Translations under genes and position numbers: made by a program
The notes under the pieces: generated by a model
Databases searched by the model: none
Told to the model about the DNA's origin: nothing
Seen by the model: the letters and a program-made list of their open reading frames with translations, nothing else
From: Promethearchaeota archaeon
GTDB lineage: Archaea > Asgardarchaeota > Lokiarchaeia > Sigyniarchaeales > SOKP01
Assembly (NCBI GenBank): GCA_048938025.1
Contig: JBHLMP010000001.1
Location: forward strand, 1-64,000
Direction: 5' to 3'
Length of the DNA: 64,000 bases
Shown: positions 40,752-50,632 of the stretch, in pieces
How positions within the stretch are numbered: position 1 is the first letter of the stretch
Layout of the letters: each line of letters opens with the position of its first letter

Positions 40752-42014
40752 TTATTCAATATCTATGCCATATTTTTTAAAGATTTTCAATAATTCATCG
40801 CTTGCTAATCTCTTTAAAATATCTTTTAAAGGAGCTAAAACTTCATCTTTTTGTGCTTCTCTATTTTTACTAATTCTATCTTTAACTTCAAATCCACTTT
40901 GCGCCCATGAATATTCATCGTTGAAAGTAAACCATATATCTTTATATGCTCCTTCTTGACCACCATCTCCAGCTAAAGGTTTTTTTTCAATAGAAACTTC
41001 AGGATCCTGCAAATAACACCAATCAAGCACCACCCACTCTAGTTTCCTTTTAGAATCATCTCGATCAGCAAGATAAATGCAATAAGCATGACCACCTAGC
41101 TCGGATTCTGATGGGGCGACTACGGGATCAGCCATAACTTGAGCAGCGCAAACCTTGACCCTCCAAGACGGTATTCCTGCATTAATCAACAAGCTTGCAA
41201 TTAAAATTGCACCATCCTCACAATCTCCTATTTCTGATTGGATTGATTCAAAAGGGAATTGCCAAAACTCAGGACAGTCAGATGTAAGATCATCATACTT
41301 ATATCTTAGAAAATTGCAAACAAAATTCTGTATTGCCAAGGCCGTTTCATTAGGGGTTTCTCTTCTCAGTCCAATTTGAGTGATAACATGCCATAAGATT
41401 GCATCATCTTTTTTTAAAAATGTCTTGACATCGACATCAATTTCCTTCTTGTACAATTCTCCTCTTAATGCTCTTCCTGTGTATATAATTGGAGCGGTCT
41501 CCCATTTTAGGTTCCAGTAATCCGGTCCATAATCCCCATAATCTCCCTTAAATTCCTCGATGGGAACATATTCAATGGGTGCGACCGGTTGTGGTGCTGG
41601 TTCTTTTTTAGGGATTGTCTTTTTTTGTACGTCAGCTAAATCTTTTGATTTTTCAATCCAGCTTTCTATATCCTTTAGGATTGGAATTTTGGTCAAAATC
41701 TTAGGATTTTCCTTTTTTAATTGCTTTAACCTTTCTAAAATGCTTTTAGAATTCCTATGAGCAAGTTCTTTAACCGAATCAATACCAATCAAATTTAAGG
41801 CATTTGCAATTTTCGGATTAACACCCTCGATTCTCATTAAATCTGCATGTTCTTGCCATGTATCAATTAGTTGTGGAGGAATTCCTGTCTTGCTAGCTAA
41901 CTTTTTGATTTGACTACTAGTAAGTGGTAGCAGATCTTCAACTTTACTAATACCTTCTTTTTTTAGTAGCTTCGCATGTTCATCTTCTAAACTAATAATT
42001 TCAATAATATTCAA
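40752..42014 (-). CDS. DUF4332 (HhH) domain fused to a transglutaminase-like domain
   Basis: WQEHADLMRIEGV..GIDSVKELA; GDCEDGAIL, GHAY, LDWC triad. Confidence 0.82.
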   Translation of the reverse strand: MNIIEIISLEDEHAKLLKKEGISKVEDLLPLTSSQIKKLASKTGIPPQLIDTWQEHADLMRIEGVNPKIANALNLIGIDSVKELAHRNSKSILERLKQLKKENPKILTKIPILKDIESWIEKSKDLADVQKKTIPKKEPAPQPVAPIEYVPIEEFKGDYGDYGPDYWNLKWETAPIIYTGRALRGELYKKEIDVDVKTFLKKDDAILWHVITQIGLRRETPNETALAIQNFVCNFLRYKYDDLTSDCPEFWQFPFESIQSEIGDCEDGAILIASLLINAGIPSWRVKVCAAQVMADPVVAPSESELGGHAYCIYLADRDDSKRKLEWVVLDWCYLQDPEVSIEKKPLAGDGGQEGAYKDIWFTFNDEYSWAQSGFEVKDRISKNREAQKDEVLAPLKDILKRLASDELLKIFKKYGIDIE

Positions 42015-42168
42015 ATTTTTAACCTTTAAATTTAAATTAAAATCAACTTGATTAGTAAAAATATTGCACTCTTTTTTTATAAGATTTTACATAAAATTGC
42101 AGACTAAATAATGATTTATAAACCTAATATAACTAAAAATTAAATGATTTAACTTACACAAATTCTAT

Positions 42169-42825
42169 TTAAGTTGGCAGAAGAAAATCCTTTTGTACTA
42201 AATAAAAAATCGCATTAGCTATTTCATTATTTTCAAAATCTAAAGACTTCATTGCTTCGATAAATAACTCAGAAAGAAAAATTTTTCCTTTAGTTTTATT
42301 AGCTATAGATTTAGCTAATTCAAATACTTGTTTAGTATTTGAGGAAATTTTTTTGCCTTTCGAAAGACCAATTTTATGAGGATAAGTAAGGCTTAGATGA
42401 AAAACCTCTTCAACTATTTGGTCTATATTTTCTTTACTTTTTTTATTCTTATGAAAAATTGAGATATCTCCTTGAAAATGATTATATAAGTCTTTAATTT
42501 CTTGACCATATTGCTCTTCAAAAAGGTTACAAAAAAAACCAAGAAGTTCTCTTGTAAAGGGAATGGGCTTTTCATTAAGTATTAAACTTACCCAGATCAT
42601 CTTACCAGCTCTTGTAATTAAATATTTTCCTTTCAGTGTAGCTTGTTCAATTCTTCCTTCATCAATAGGAAAATCTAATATCTCATATTGGATCGTGTCT
42701 CGAAATAAGTCAATTATTTCCGGCTCAAATTCTCCTGCGGTTGTATAATAGATAATTCCTTTTGATTCCTTATGAGTAATAATGAGATATTCAATCGATA
42801 GCGCAATTGTAAAATATTCGGAAAT
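42169..42825 (-). CDS. Longin-like domain protein with probable C-terminal winged helix
   Basis: Frame is open 80 codons upstream of ATG 42600 (SIEYLIITHKESKGIIYY...); FEEQY..FQGDISIF. Start is ATT 42831, 42825 or 42807. Confidence 0.6.
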   Translation of the reverse strand: MSEYFTIALSIEYLIITHKESKGIIYYTTAGEFEPEIIDLFRDTIQYEILDFPIDEGRIEQATLKGKYLITRAGKMIWVSLILNEKPIPFTRELLGFFCNLFEEQYGQEIKDLYNHFQGDISIFHKNKKSKENIDQIVEEVFHLSLTYPHKIGLSKGKKISSNTKQVFELAKSIANKTKGKIFLSELFIEAMKSLDFENNEIANAIFYLVQKDFLLPT

Positions 42826-42992
42826 TTGAATCTCGACCTTTCATTTTAAATCCTTTGTGTAATCTAATAGCGATTCATTTATTTATAATTTACTTATAAT
42901 TTGTTTAATATCTCTCAGTTTAGCAAAACATTTACGATCTTATAAACATAAGAAAATGGTACTATGATCTTATAAGGGTTAAGAATAATGTG

Positions 42993-43146
42993 TGGCGGGA
43001 GGGAGATTCGAACTCCCGAAGACCTCTTGGCAAAACCCAGAAAAGAGCATTTTTTGTCACTGGATCTTAAGTCCAGCACCTATGTTCGGTCTTGACCCAT
43101 TTCAAGAAACTACAAGTGACCTTTGACCAGACTCGGTAATCCCGCC
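42993..43146 (-). tRNA. trnL: tRNA-Leu(TAA) with two non-canonical introns (about 43082-43122 and 43026-43053)
   Basis: Acceptor GGCGGGA/TCCCGCC+A, D-stem ACC/GGT, anticodon arm CTGGA-CTTAAGA-TCCAG, T-arm GGGAG-TTCGAAT-CTCCC; 154-41-28=85 nt mature length. Confidence 0.92.
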
Positions 43147-43519
43147 ATTTTTTATGAGATTATAATAATCTCGTAATCCTACCTTAAGAGACGATTTTTA
43201 TTTTCTATTTGCTTTGATGGGCAATATTCAAAAATTTAAGTTTTAATTTAAATTTTTACTTTGAAATTATGCCCTTAAAGTAAATTTTTCAATTAGTTGA
43301 GAAATATTTGCAATATTTACTACTAAAATAAATTTAGTAAAAATTAAACCAATAAGGATGAAATTTATAAAAAAATAATAACAAATAAATAATAAAAATA
43401 TATTAAAATAATAGCAAAATTATATTGATTATAGTTATTAATAAGAAATTGGATAAAATAGATATCACACAAATATAATTTCTTATTATAAAAATTTAAT
43501 ATTGATTGAGGTATATATC

Positions 43520-43897
43520 GTGCCTGTGGGTATCCTTGTAATTCGGTGGGACAATGAAATTGGGCCAATCAATGAAGGTTTTTATCCTGGTAATTTAAAA
43601 ATTACTAATAATCTCCTCACTCAAGTATATAGTTCACATCGTTATCAATCTCTCAAACCTGGTTTTGCGTCAATTTCCTTGAGAAACAACAAAGTTGTGT
43701 CATTTTTCTCTGGAGTAGGAAAAGATTATATATCTGTCGAAAATTATGTTGTTGCTCTTATACTGAGACGAGATGAGAAACCTCATAAATATAGGGAGAT
43801 TTTAAAAACGATTGCTGCTGAAATTCTTGATAAAATTGAGGATGGTAAATTTAAAAAAGTATTACCAAGTTTATATCGAGATTTAGCGAAAATCTAA
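43520..43897 (+). CDS. uDENN/longin-like small protein
   Basis: GILVIRWDNEIGP..FYP opening and beta-beta-alpha-beta-beta-beta-alpha pattern; GAGGT before GTG 43520. Confidence 0.6.
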   Translation: MPVGILVIRWDNEIGPINEGFYPGNLKITNNLLTQVYSSHRYQSLKPGFASISLRNNKVVSFFSGVGKDYISVENYVVALILRRDEKPHKYREILKTIAAEILDKIEDGKFKKVLPSLYRDLAKI

Positions 43898-43922
43898 ATA
43901 AATTTTGAAAAATAGACATAAA

Positions 43923-44927
43923 TTATAATGCATCAATTTTCTTAACTGAAATTTTCCCAAAATCATCTGTTATAAGGAGACCAATGTCCTGTAATTGTTG
44001 AACATTCTTTTTTACTGTTACAATTGGGGAACCAAGAGCTTTTCGTAAATCCTCCAATGAAATCGATCCTACTTTATCTACTATTAGAAATGTTTTAAAA
44101 AGCGGTTCTTTTTCCATCAAGGGTTTTAATTTATCATAATATTTTATTTTTTGAATACTAGTTTCTTCGGCATCCTGTGTCTCTTCAATTATAGATTTAA
44201 GTTTAAGAATCTCTGCATTAGCTTCTCGATTCTTATCATTTAATTCTCCTACTTTATTGATTAATGACTCATATTTTTCTCTAATTTGTTCAAATCTAGA
44301 AGCCATATCTTTTGCTTCTGAAGATTTCTCAGTTGAGATTAATTTACTGTCTAATAAGAATGAATCAAGTTTACTAATCTCAATTTTTAATTCTTGTGTT
44401 TCTTTTCTATGTTTTTCTTCCATTGCTTTTATCATCTCTAACTGATCTTCTTTAAATTTATCAGTAAAGGCTTCTAATTCTTGTATTCTATTTTCTAAGT
44501 TTATAATTGCTTCATTTTTTAGAATTAGTTCAGAATTTCTTTCAGCTAATTCAGCTCTTAAATTTCCAATAGTTTCATATGATTCTTCTAACTTATGCTG
44601 TGTTGGGATAATTTGCTTTTGAACAAATTCTAACTCTTTTTTAGCTTGAGCTACTTCACCTTTTGAATATTCCAATTCAATTTCTCTTTCATTAAGTAGC
44701 TGACGTTGCTCTCCAATTATCTCTTTCAACTCTAATATATCTTCTGGAATATCATACATTTTAGATATTTTTTTTTTTTGTTCCTCAATAATACCTTCTT
44801 GATCGCTAATAATATGTTTTTGCCTTTCTGCTAATTCTTTTAATCTGTCTACACTTGATTGTAATAACGCTGTTTCTTTCTCACTGGATTCAAGATCATC
44901 TAATATTTCTTTTAAATCTTTAGACAT
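43923..44927 (-). CDS. Coiled-coil protein with C-terminal winged helix
   Basis: About 270 aa of heptads, then ISLEDLRKALGSPIVTVKKNVQQLQDIGLL. Confidence 0.75.
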   Translation of the reverse strand: MSKDLKEILDDLESSEKETALLQSSVDRLKELAERQKHIISDQEGIIEEQKKKISKMYDIPEDILELKEIIGEQRQLLNEREIELEYSKGEVAQAKKELEFVQKQIIPTQHKLEESYETIGNLRAELAERNSELILKNEAIINLENRIQELEAFTDKFKEDQLEMIKAMEEKHRKETQELKIEISKLDSFLLDSKLISTEKSSEAKDMASRFEQIREKYESLINKVGELNDKNREANAEILKLKSIIEETQDAEETSIQKIKYYDKLKPLMEKEPLFKTFLIVDKVGSISLEDLRKALGSPIVTVKKNVQQLQDIGLLITDDFGKISVKKIDAL

Positions 44928-45145
44928 GGTTCTTTTACTCTTAAATTGATTAAAAAAAATCCAATTACAATATTTTTAATTTAATATATAAGATTAAATA
45001 TTTAAATTAAGACTTATAACTAATATGAGAGATTTATTTTATATAATTTTCGAATTCATTAGAATTTAAATAAAGTTAGAGTTCTGATGAATTATAATCA
45101 TTGGATAAAATAACTTTTTTATCCTTACATCTTTTATTTAATATT

Positions 45146-46348
45146 ATGGTATTAATTTCTCCAATAAGACCGTATATTCCTACAGATCCAGAAGAATTTT
45201 GTACTAATCCATATGATGTTATAAGTAAAGAAGAAGAGCATAAGTTAAGGAAAAATCCCAATTCATTAATACATCTTATTTTGCCAGAAGGAATAGGTGA
45301 TGAAATTTATAAAAATGCTGGTAAAGCCTATAGAGAGTTTAAAAAGAAAAAGATAATTAAAAAAGAAGAAAAACCAAGCATTTTTGTCTATCGACAAGAA
45401 TCTGCTCAATTTAGTCATCAAGGATTGATATTGGGGATTTCTCTTCAGGATTATGAAGATGGTAATATTGTAAAACATGAACATACCCGTGAAAAACCGC
45501 TTAAAGACCGTACTGATCATATTGTTGCTTCTAATGTTGCAGCAGGTTTAGTATGGACAGTTTTTCAAACTAATAATGAAATTAATGATTTAATTGAGCA
45601 AATAAAGCAAAAAAAACCGAAATTTAATTTTAAGAAATATGGATATCGACATCTGTTATGGCAAGAAACGGATCAGACGGCAATACAAAAACTAAAAGAC
45701 TTATTTAAGAACAAAAAAGTTTATATTGCTGATGGACATCATAGAGCCGCTAGTGCTGCAGAATACCGTAAAATACAATTGAAAAAGTATGTTTTAGAAA
45801 AAAAGAATGGAACTCCTTGGCAGTATTTATTATCTTATGTAGCATCTGACGATCAAGTTCAGATTTTGCCATATAATCGTGTGATCAAAAAGCTTCTGTT
45901 ATCTGAAATGGAATTTTTAAAAAAACTGGAGGATGATTTCAATATAAAACCTATGGAAAAACCTTTTAATCCAGAAAAAAAGAATGTAATGGCCATCTGT
46001 TTGAAAGGTAAGTGGTATAAACTCATGATCAAGGAAAGAAATTTTTCCACTAAAAGAGAAAGTTTGGATGTAAGTATCCTCCAAGATAAAATTTTGGAAC
46101 CCATTTTAGGTATTAAAGATCCTCGTGCTGATGAAAATCTTTTTTTTGTTGGAGGTTTACAGGATCCAAGAGAAATGGAAAAATATATAATTAACAATGG
46201 AAATGATTTATTTATTAATTTATTTCCAGTAGATATTAAAGATATAGAATTTATCGCAGAAGAAGGAGGAGTACTCCCACCAAAATCTACATGGTTTGAA
46301 CCAAAAGTTCTATCAGGCTTAGTTTTATTTGATTTAAAAAAATTTTAA
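45146..46348 (+). CDS. DUF1015 family protein
   Basis: PYDVIS, KHEHTR, YIADGHHR, ILPYNR, PPKSTWFEPK..SGL. Confidence 0.9.
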   Translation: MVLISPIRPYIPTDPEEFCTNPYDVISKEEEHKLRKNPNSLIHLILPEGIGDEIYKNAGKAYREFKKKKIIKKEEKPSIFVYRQESAQFSHQGLILGISLQDYEDGNIVKHEHTREKPLKDRTDHIVASNVAAGLVWTVFQTNNEINDLIEQIKQKKPKFNFKKYGYRHLLWQETDQTAIQKLKDLFKNKKVYIADGHHRAASAAEYRKIQLKKYVLEKKNGTPWQYLLSYVASDDQVQILPYNRVIKKLLLSEMEFLKKLEDDFNIKPMEKPFNPEKKNVMAICLKGKWYKLMIKERNFSTKRESLDVSILQDKILEPILGIKDPRADENLFFVGGLQDPREMEKYIINNGNDLFINLFPVDIKDIEFIAEEGGVLPPKSTWFEPKVLSGLVLFDLKKF

Positions 46349-46354
46349 AAAAAA

Positions 46355-47290
46355 TTAATTATTTTTTTTTAGAAAATCTGACATTTTTTTTGCAATCATA
46401 GTAGCAGCAGCAGTCTGATTTTCGATACTTTGGCTAGCTATATGAGGTGTAAGTACTAAATTTTCATCCCAATTAATTAATTCTTGATCTTTTAATGGTT
46501 CTTCACGATACACATCAAGTGCTGCTCCAGCTATATCTTTGTTTTTTAAAGCTTTTAATAATGCTTTTTCATCGATTAAATTGCCTCTTGCGGTATTAAT
46601 AATTATTGCATCTTTTCTCATAAGTTTTATTCTATCCTCATTAATCATATTTTCAGTTTGCAGTGTAGCAGGAAGATGCAGTGATATAATCTGAGCATCT
46701 TTTAATAGATCCTCAACTGAAGGATAAATTGAACATCCAATCTCTATCGCTTCATCAATAGCTACTTGACCTTTACTAAATCTAGAATAAACCCCAACAC
46801 TCATTCCCATCGCAATTGAAATTTTTGCTAAATGTTTTGCTATATTGCCAAATCCTAACAATCCCAGTTTTTTTCCATCTAATGTAAATCCTAGATATTC
46901 ATTTTTGTTCCATTTTCCTTGGTGCATTGTACGATCTGCATGAGAAATTTTTCTTGCCAGAGCCAACATCATTCCTAATGCTAATTCTGCAACGGATACA
47001 GCAGGTGCTTCAGGTGTATTTAAAACTTCTATATTCAATTCAGAAGCCTTTTTTCTATCTACATTATCTAATCCAACTCCTGCTCTCCCGATAACTTTTA
47101 AGTTCTCGGCATTTTCTAGAATATCAGCAGTTAACTTAGTTCTTGAACGAATTACAATACCATCGTATTCTCCTATCTCCTTTTTTAGTTCTTCTTTGGT
47201 TATATTAAATTTTTTAATAACCTCAAATCCATTATCTTCAAAAATTTTAATGCCTTCATCTTGAAGTTTATCACTAATTAATATTTTCAA
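46355..47290 (-). CDS. serA: D-3-phosphoglycerate dehydrogenase-like 2-hydroxyacid dehydrogenase
   Basis: IRSRTK, RAGVGLDNVD, SVAE, GFGNIA, INTARG, LDVY..EP, TPHIA. Confidence 0.85.
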   Translation of the reverse strand: MKILISDKLQDEGIKIFEDNGFEVIKKFNITKEELKKEIGEYDGIVIRSRTKLTADILENAENLKVIGRAGVGLDNVDRKKASELNIEVLNTPEAPAVSVAELALGMMLALARKISHADRTMHQGKWNKNEYLGFTLDGKKLGLLGFGNIAKHLAKISIAMGMSVGVYSRFSKGQVAIDEAIEIGCSIYPSVEDLLKDAQIISLHLPATLQTENMINEDRIKLMRKDAIIINTARGNLIDEKALLKALKNKDIAGAALDVYREEPLKDQELINWDENLVLTPHIASQSIENQTAAATMIAKKMSDFLKKNN

Positions 47291-47454
47291 TTACATCACA
47301 TGGATTTATTTTAATTAAAATGAATATTTTTTTTAGTCTGTACAGCTTTAAAGAGTTTTTGCTATTTTATCAAAATCCTCCCTGACTTATATCGATTTAT
47401 TTCAAAAAGAAGATTTAAAAAATAGTAAAAAAAGATTATTAATTCCAATTCTTC

Positions 47455-48567
47455 TTATTTTAACTCGTCTATAATCTCGGCAAGAACTTTTAGCATTTTT
47501 TCAAGGTCTTTAAGTTGAATTTCCCCCATATGCCCAATCCGGAATGTTTTATCTACTAGTTGTCCATATCCATTGACAATTCGGTAACCCTTTTCAAGGA
47601 GGTTAGAAACCATAATTGGAATATCAAGATTTAATGAATTATTTATAGTAGATACAGTATTTGATTCATAACCTTTTTCAGGAAATATTTCAAGATTTAT
47701 GTCGCGAGCCCACATACGCGTTCGCTTTCCAAGTTGTTCATGTCTTTCAAATCTTTTCTCTAATCCTTCCCTATTTAATATAAAGTCTAATTGAGCAGTT
47801 AAACCTCTTATTTGCGGTATAGGTGGAGTTGTTGGAGTTTGATGCTTAGCGTTTCTTTTTTTCAATTCAATAAAGTCAAAATATAAACCTCTATTTTTCA
47901 CTTCTTGTGCTTTCTCGAAAGCAGCGTCAGAAACAGAGCAAACAGCAAGACCTGGTGGTAAAGCAAAACATTTTTGAACAGAAGCTAAACAAACATCTAT
48001 CCCTAGCTTATCAACTTCTACTTTTACTCCTGCCATAGAGGAAGTAGCATCAACACATACTAAAGCCCCTGAATCTTTAATAATTGGAACTACTTCATCA
48101 ATTGGATTATAGACTCCTGTAGATGTTTCATTCGATTGAATAAAAACAACTGAATAATTATCTTTATTTGATGCTTCTTGAGCAATTTCAGGGGTTATTG
48201 CCTTGCCCCATACAACATCCTCTTTAACACAATTCTTTCCGTTCGTTACTCCTATATCGTACCATCGATCTCCAAAAGCCCCAATTGAAAAGAATAATGC
48301 TTTTTCATCATCTTTCACTAAATTTCTAACACAGGCTTCCATGATACCTGTAGCGCTTGATGTAAATATAAGACATTCATTTTGAGTAAAAAGTAATTTT
48401 TGAAGTCCTTCTGTTGCGATTTGATGCATTTCTGCATAAGCTTGAGACCTATGCGTATCATTTGGTTTTGCTATTTCTTTTAAAACTCTTTCTGGAACAT
48501 AAACCGGTCCTGGAGTAAATAATTTTAATTGAGAACCTTTCTCTTTATTAAAATGAATATTGGTCAT
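47455..48567 (-). CDS. Class V PLP aminotransferase (serine-pyruvate / phosphoserine type)
   Basis: TPGP, HRS, NETSTGV, VDATSS, SVQKCFALPPG, FRIGHMG. Confidence 0.92.
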   Translation of the reverse strand: MTNIHFNKEKGSQLKLFTPGPVYVPERVLKEIAKPNDTHRSQAYAEMHQIATEGLQKLLFTQNECLIFTSSATGIMEACVRNLVKDDEKALFFSIGAFGDRWYDIGVTNGKNCVKEDVVWGKAITPEIAQEASNKDNYSVVFIQSNETSTGVYNPIDEVVPIIKDSGALVCVDATSSMAGVKVEVDKLGIDVCLASVQKCFALPPGLAVCSVSDAAFEKAQEVKNRGLYFDFIELKKRNAKHQTPTTPPIPQIRGLTAQLDFILNREGLEKRFERHEQLGKRTRMWARDINLEIFPEKGYESNTVSTINNSLNLDIPIMVSNLLEKGYRIVNGYGQLVDKTFRIGHMGEIQLKDLEKMLKVLAEIIDELK

Positions 48568-48782
48568 AGCTTTTCATTTTTTAGATTAATTTAAAATTTT
48601 TAGATTAATACATTAAATTAAGTACTACTGTTTGATATAATTTTTATTATTTTTCTTCTATAAATTTTAACTGAATAAGTCCAATTAATATATCATTTCT
48701 TTGGATAATAAAATCAAAAGGTTTGATAGAATAAGAAAATTCTAAAAATAAGTATTTTCTGTTATTTTTATTTACTCTTCTT

Positions 48783-49451
48783 TTATTGCGTTTTTTCCTT
48801 GATTAACTCAATAGCTTTCTCTGATACTATTTCTATTGGAAATTCATTGATTAATTGAAAAAGAAATTTAAAAATCACTAACTTTCTTAAATATAATATT
48901 GAAATTCGATATTCACTCAAATATAATGCTGCTCTACCAAGTCCATTAAGTAAAAGCACGATTGGTATTAAGATAAGATTATAAATAAAACCACTCTTCG
49001 CGAATTTAAATGCAAATATAGTATAAATTATAGTTAAGATGCCTAGTATTATATTAACCATTCGAAATTTAAACAAATAGGAGTTAATAATCACTCCTTT
49101 AAATATTCCCGCTAAGCCTACAATGATCAGAAAAATTCCTAAAAAATAAATAATATAACCTTTTGTGATATTAGGTTGGGAAAAAAGGATAGAGAGAACG
49201 AATATGCTAAAGGTTATATAAAACGATCCAAAAATAAGATTTTTCACTCGAGATTCTTTAAGATTTTTATTAAAAAAACCCCTCATAACTTTATAGATCC
49301 CCACAAGGAACATTGTAGAAATAGGATAAACCATAAGTGACATTATAAGAATAAGATGAAAAAATAAAAATAAGACTAAAATTGTAATTAGGATTGTTGA
49401 AAGAATAAAGTCATCAGCAAGTACTTTTTGTTTATGAAGTCTTACTTCCAT
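48783..49451 (-). CDS. Multi-pass membrane protein (HdeD/DUF308-like)
   Basis: About six hydrophobic helices. Confidence 0.65.
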   Translation of the reverse strand: MEVRLHKQKVLADDFILSTILITILVLFLFFHLILIMSLMVYPISTMFLVGIYKVMRGFFNKNLKESRVKNLIFGSFYITFSIFVLSILFSQPNITKGYIIYFLGIFLIIVGLAGIFKGVIINSYLFKFRMVNIILGILTIIYTIFAFKFAKSGFIYNLILIPIVLLLNGLGRAALYLSEYRISILYLRKLVIFKFLFQLINEFPIEIVSEKAIELIKEKTQ

Positions 49452-49584
49452 AATAAAGAATCATTTTATAATGTTAGATCATCGAACATTTGATATAATA
49501 TATTCATTCAATGTATATATTTTTATTGACAATTAACCATTGAAATATTCATATTTTGATCATTTAAAATTGAATTTATTCGAT

Positions 49585-50613
49585 TCATAGACATAAAGTA
49601 AATTTAGTGCCTACACTAGTATTAAAGGCTTTAATTTGAGGATTATTTTCTTTTTCAATTGCTTTAATAAATTTTTCACCTGAGCAATGAATTGGAAACA
49701 TATACAAGGGTTCTTTGTATTCTTGAAATGTTGTTAAGTACTCTATAGTATTTTTAATCCTTTCATCTGAAGCACCAGCCATATGAAGACCCCCAATAAT
49801 ATGCGTTATTGGTTTATTTGTTAAATCTTTCACATAAGATATTGTGTTTTTAAGACCAGAATGACAACAACCATCCAATAATGCAATATTCTCTTTAAAT
49901 TCAAGAATTAAGCACTTATCATCATAAATTTTATCAATTGTAAGAATATTATCCTTTAGAAATATTGCATTATCAAAATCCTCATCTTTATATATTCTTG
50001 GAATCTCTCCCGAAATAGTAACCTTTAAATCATCGATATTTAATATTTCATAGACATCGTTCGAAAAAATAACTTCTCCATTTAATTCTTCTACTAATTC
50101 TAGATCAATTGATTTTTGATTAATTATCTTAGATTCTGTTAATAAATGTAATATCTTTTGTCTTGTTTTACCTAATAAATCTTCCTTTTTTACATCTTCA
50201 GATCTTTTAAAAAATCTCTCATATTGAGAGTTTTCATGACAAATTATTGGAACTCTCTTTCCAATTCTTTCTAAAATCTTATAAAGACCACCAATATGAT
50301 CATAATGCCAGTGTGATAAAATTATAAAATCAACGTCATGTAGAGTAGCCTTTCTAATATCTAGATTATGTAAATAAGTTAAATTTGGACCGCCTGTATC
50401 GAATATTATTTTTTTAATAAGTTTAAAATTTTCTTTATTTTGGGAATTAATTAATTTATATACATTAATCAGAAATCCTAAGCCATGTTCGGCCAAAGAA
50501 CGAGTCGAAAATAATTTATTTAATTCAATAAATTCTAACCCGTAGTCTTTTTTTAGATTTTGAAAGGGTAAAACCGTGTTATTAGTTAAAAGAATTATTT
50601 CTACTTTTATCAT
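49585..50613 (-). CDS. Metallo-beta-lactamase fold hydrolase (MJ0301-like)
   Basis: AEHGL, FDTG, SHWHYDHIGG, GCCHSG, GGLH, HCSG. Confidence 0.88.
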   Translation of the reverse strand: MIKVEIILLTNNTVLPFQNLKKDYGLEFIELNKLFSTRSLAEHGLGFLINVYKLINSQNKENFKLIKKIIFDTGGPNLTYLHNLDIRKATLHDVDFIILSHWHYDHIGGLYKILERIGKRVPIICHENSQYERFFKRSEDVKKEDLLGKTRQKILHLLTESKIINQKSIDLELVEELNGEVIFSNDVYEILNIDDLKVTISGEIPRIYKDEDFDNAIFLKDNILTIDKIYDDKCLILEFKENIALLDGCCHSGLKNTISYVKDLTNKPITHIIGGLHMAGASDERIKNTIEYLTTFQEYKEPLYMFPIHCSGEKFIKAIEKENNPQIKAFNTSVGTKFTLCL

Positions 50614-50632
50614 AATTTTAAATCCTTTATCA

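Noticed and set aside
42900-43500. tRNA as an integration site for a mobile element
   Set aside because: No integrase nearby and no duplicated tRNA 3' end found in the window.
43365-43568. 67-aa minus-strand ORF
   Set aside because: It is low-complexity AT-rich promoter DNA overlapping the start of the better-supported plus-strand gene.
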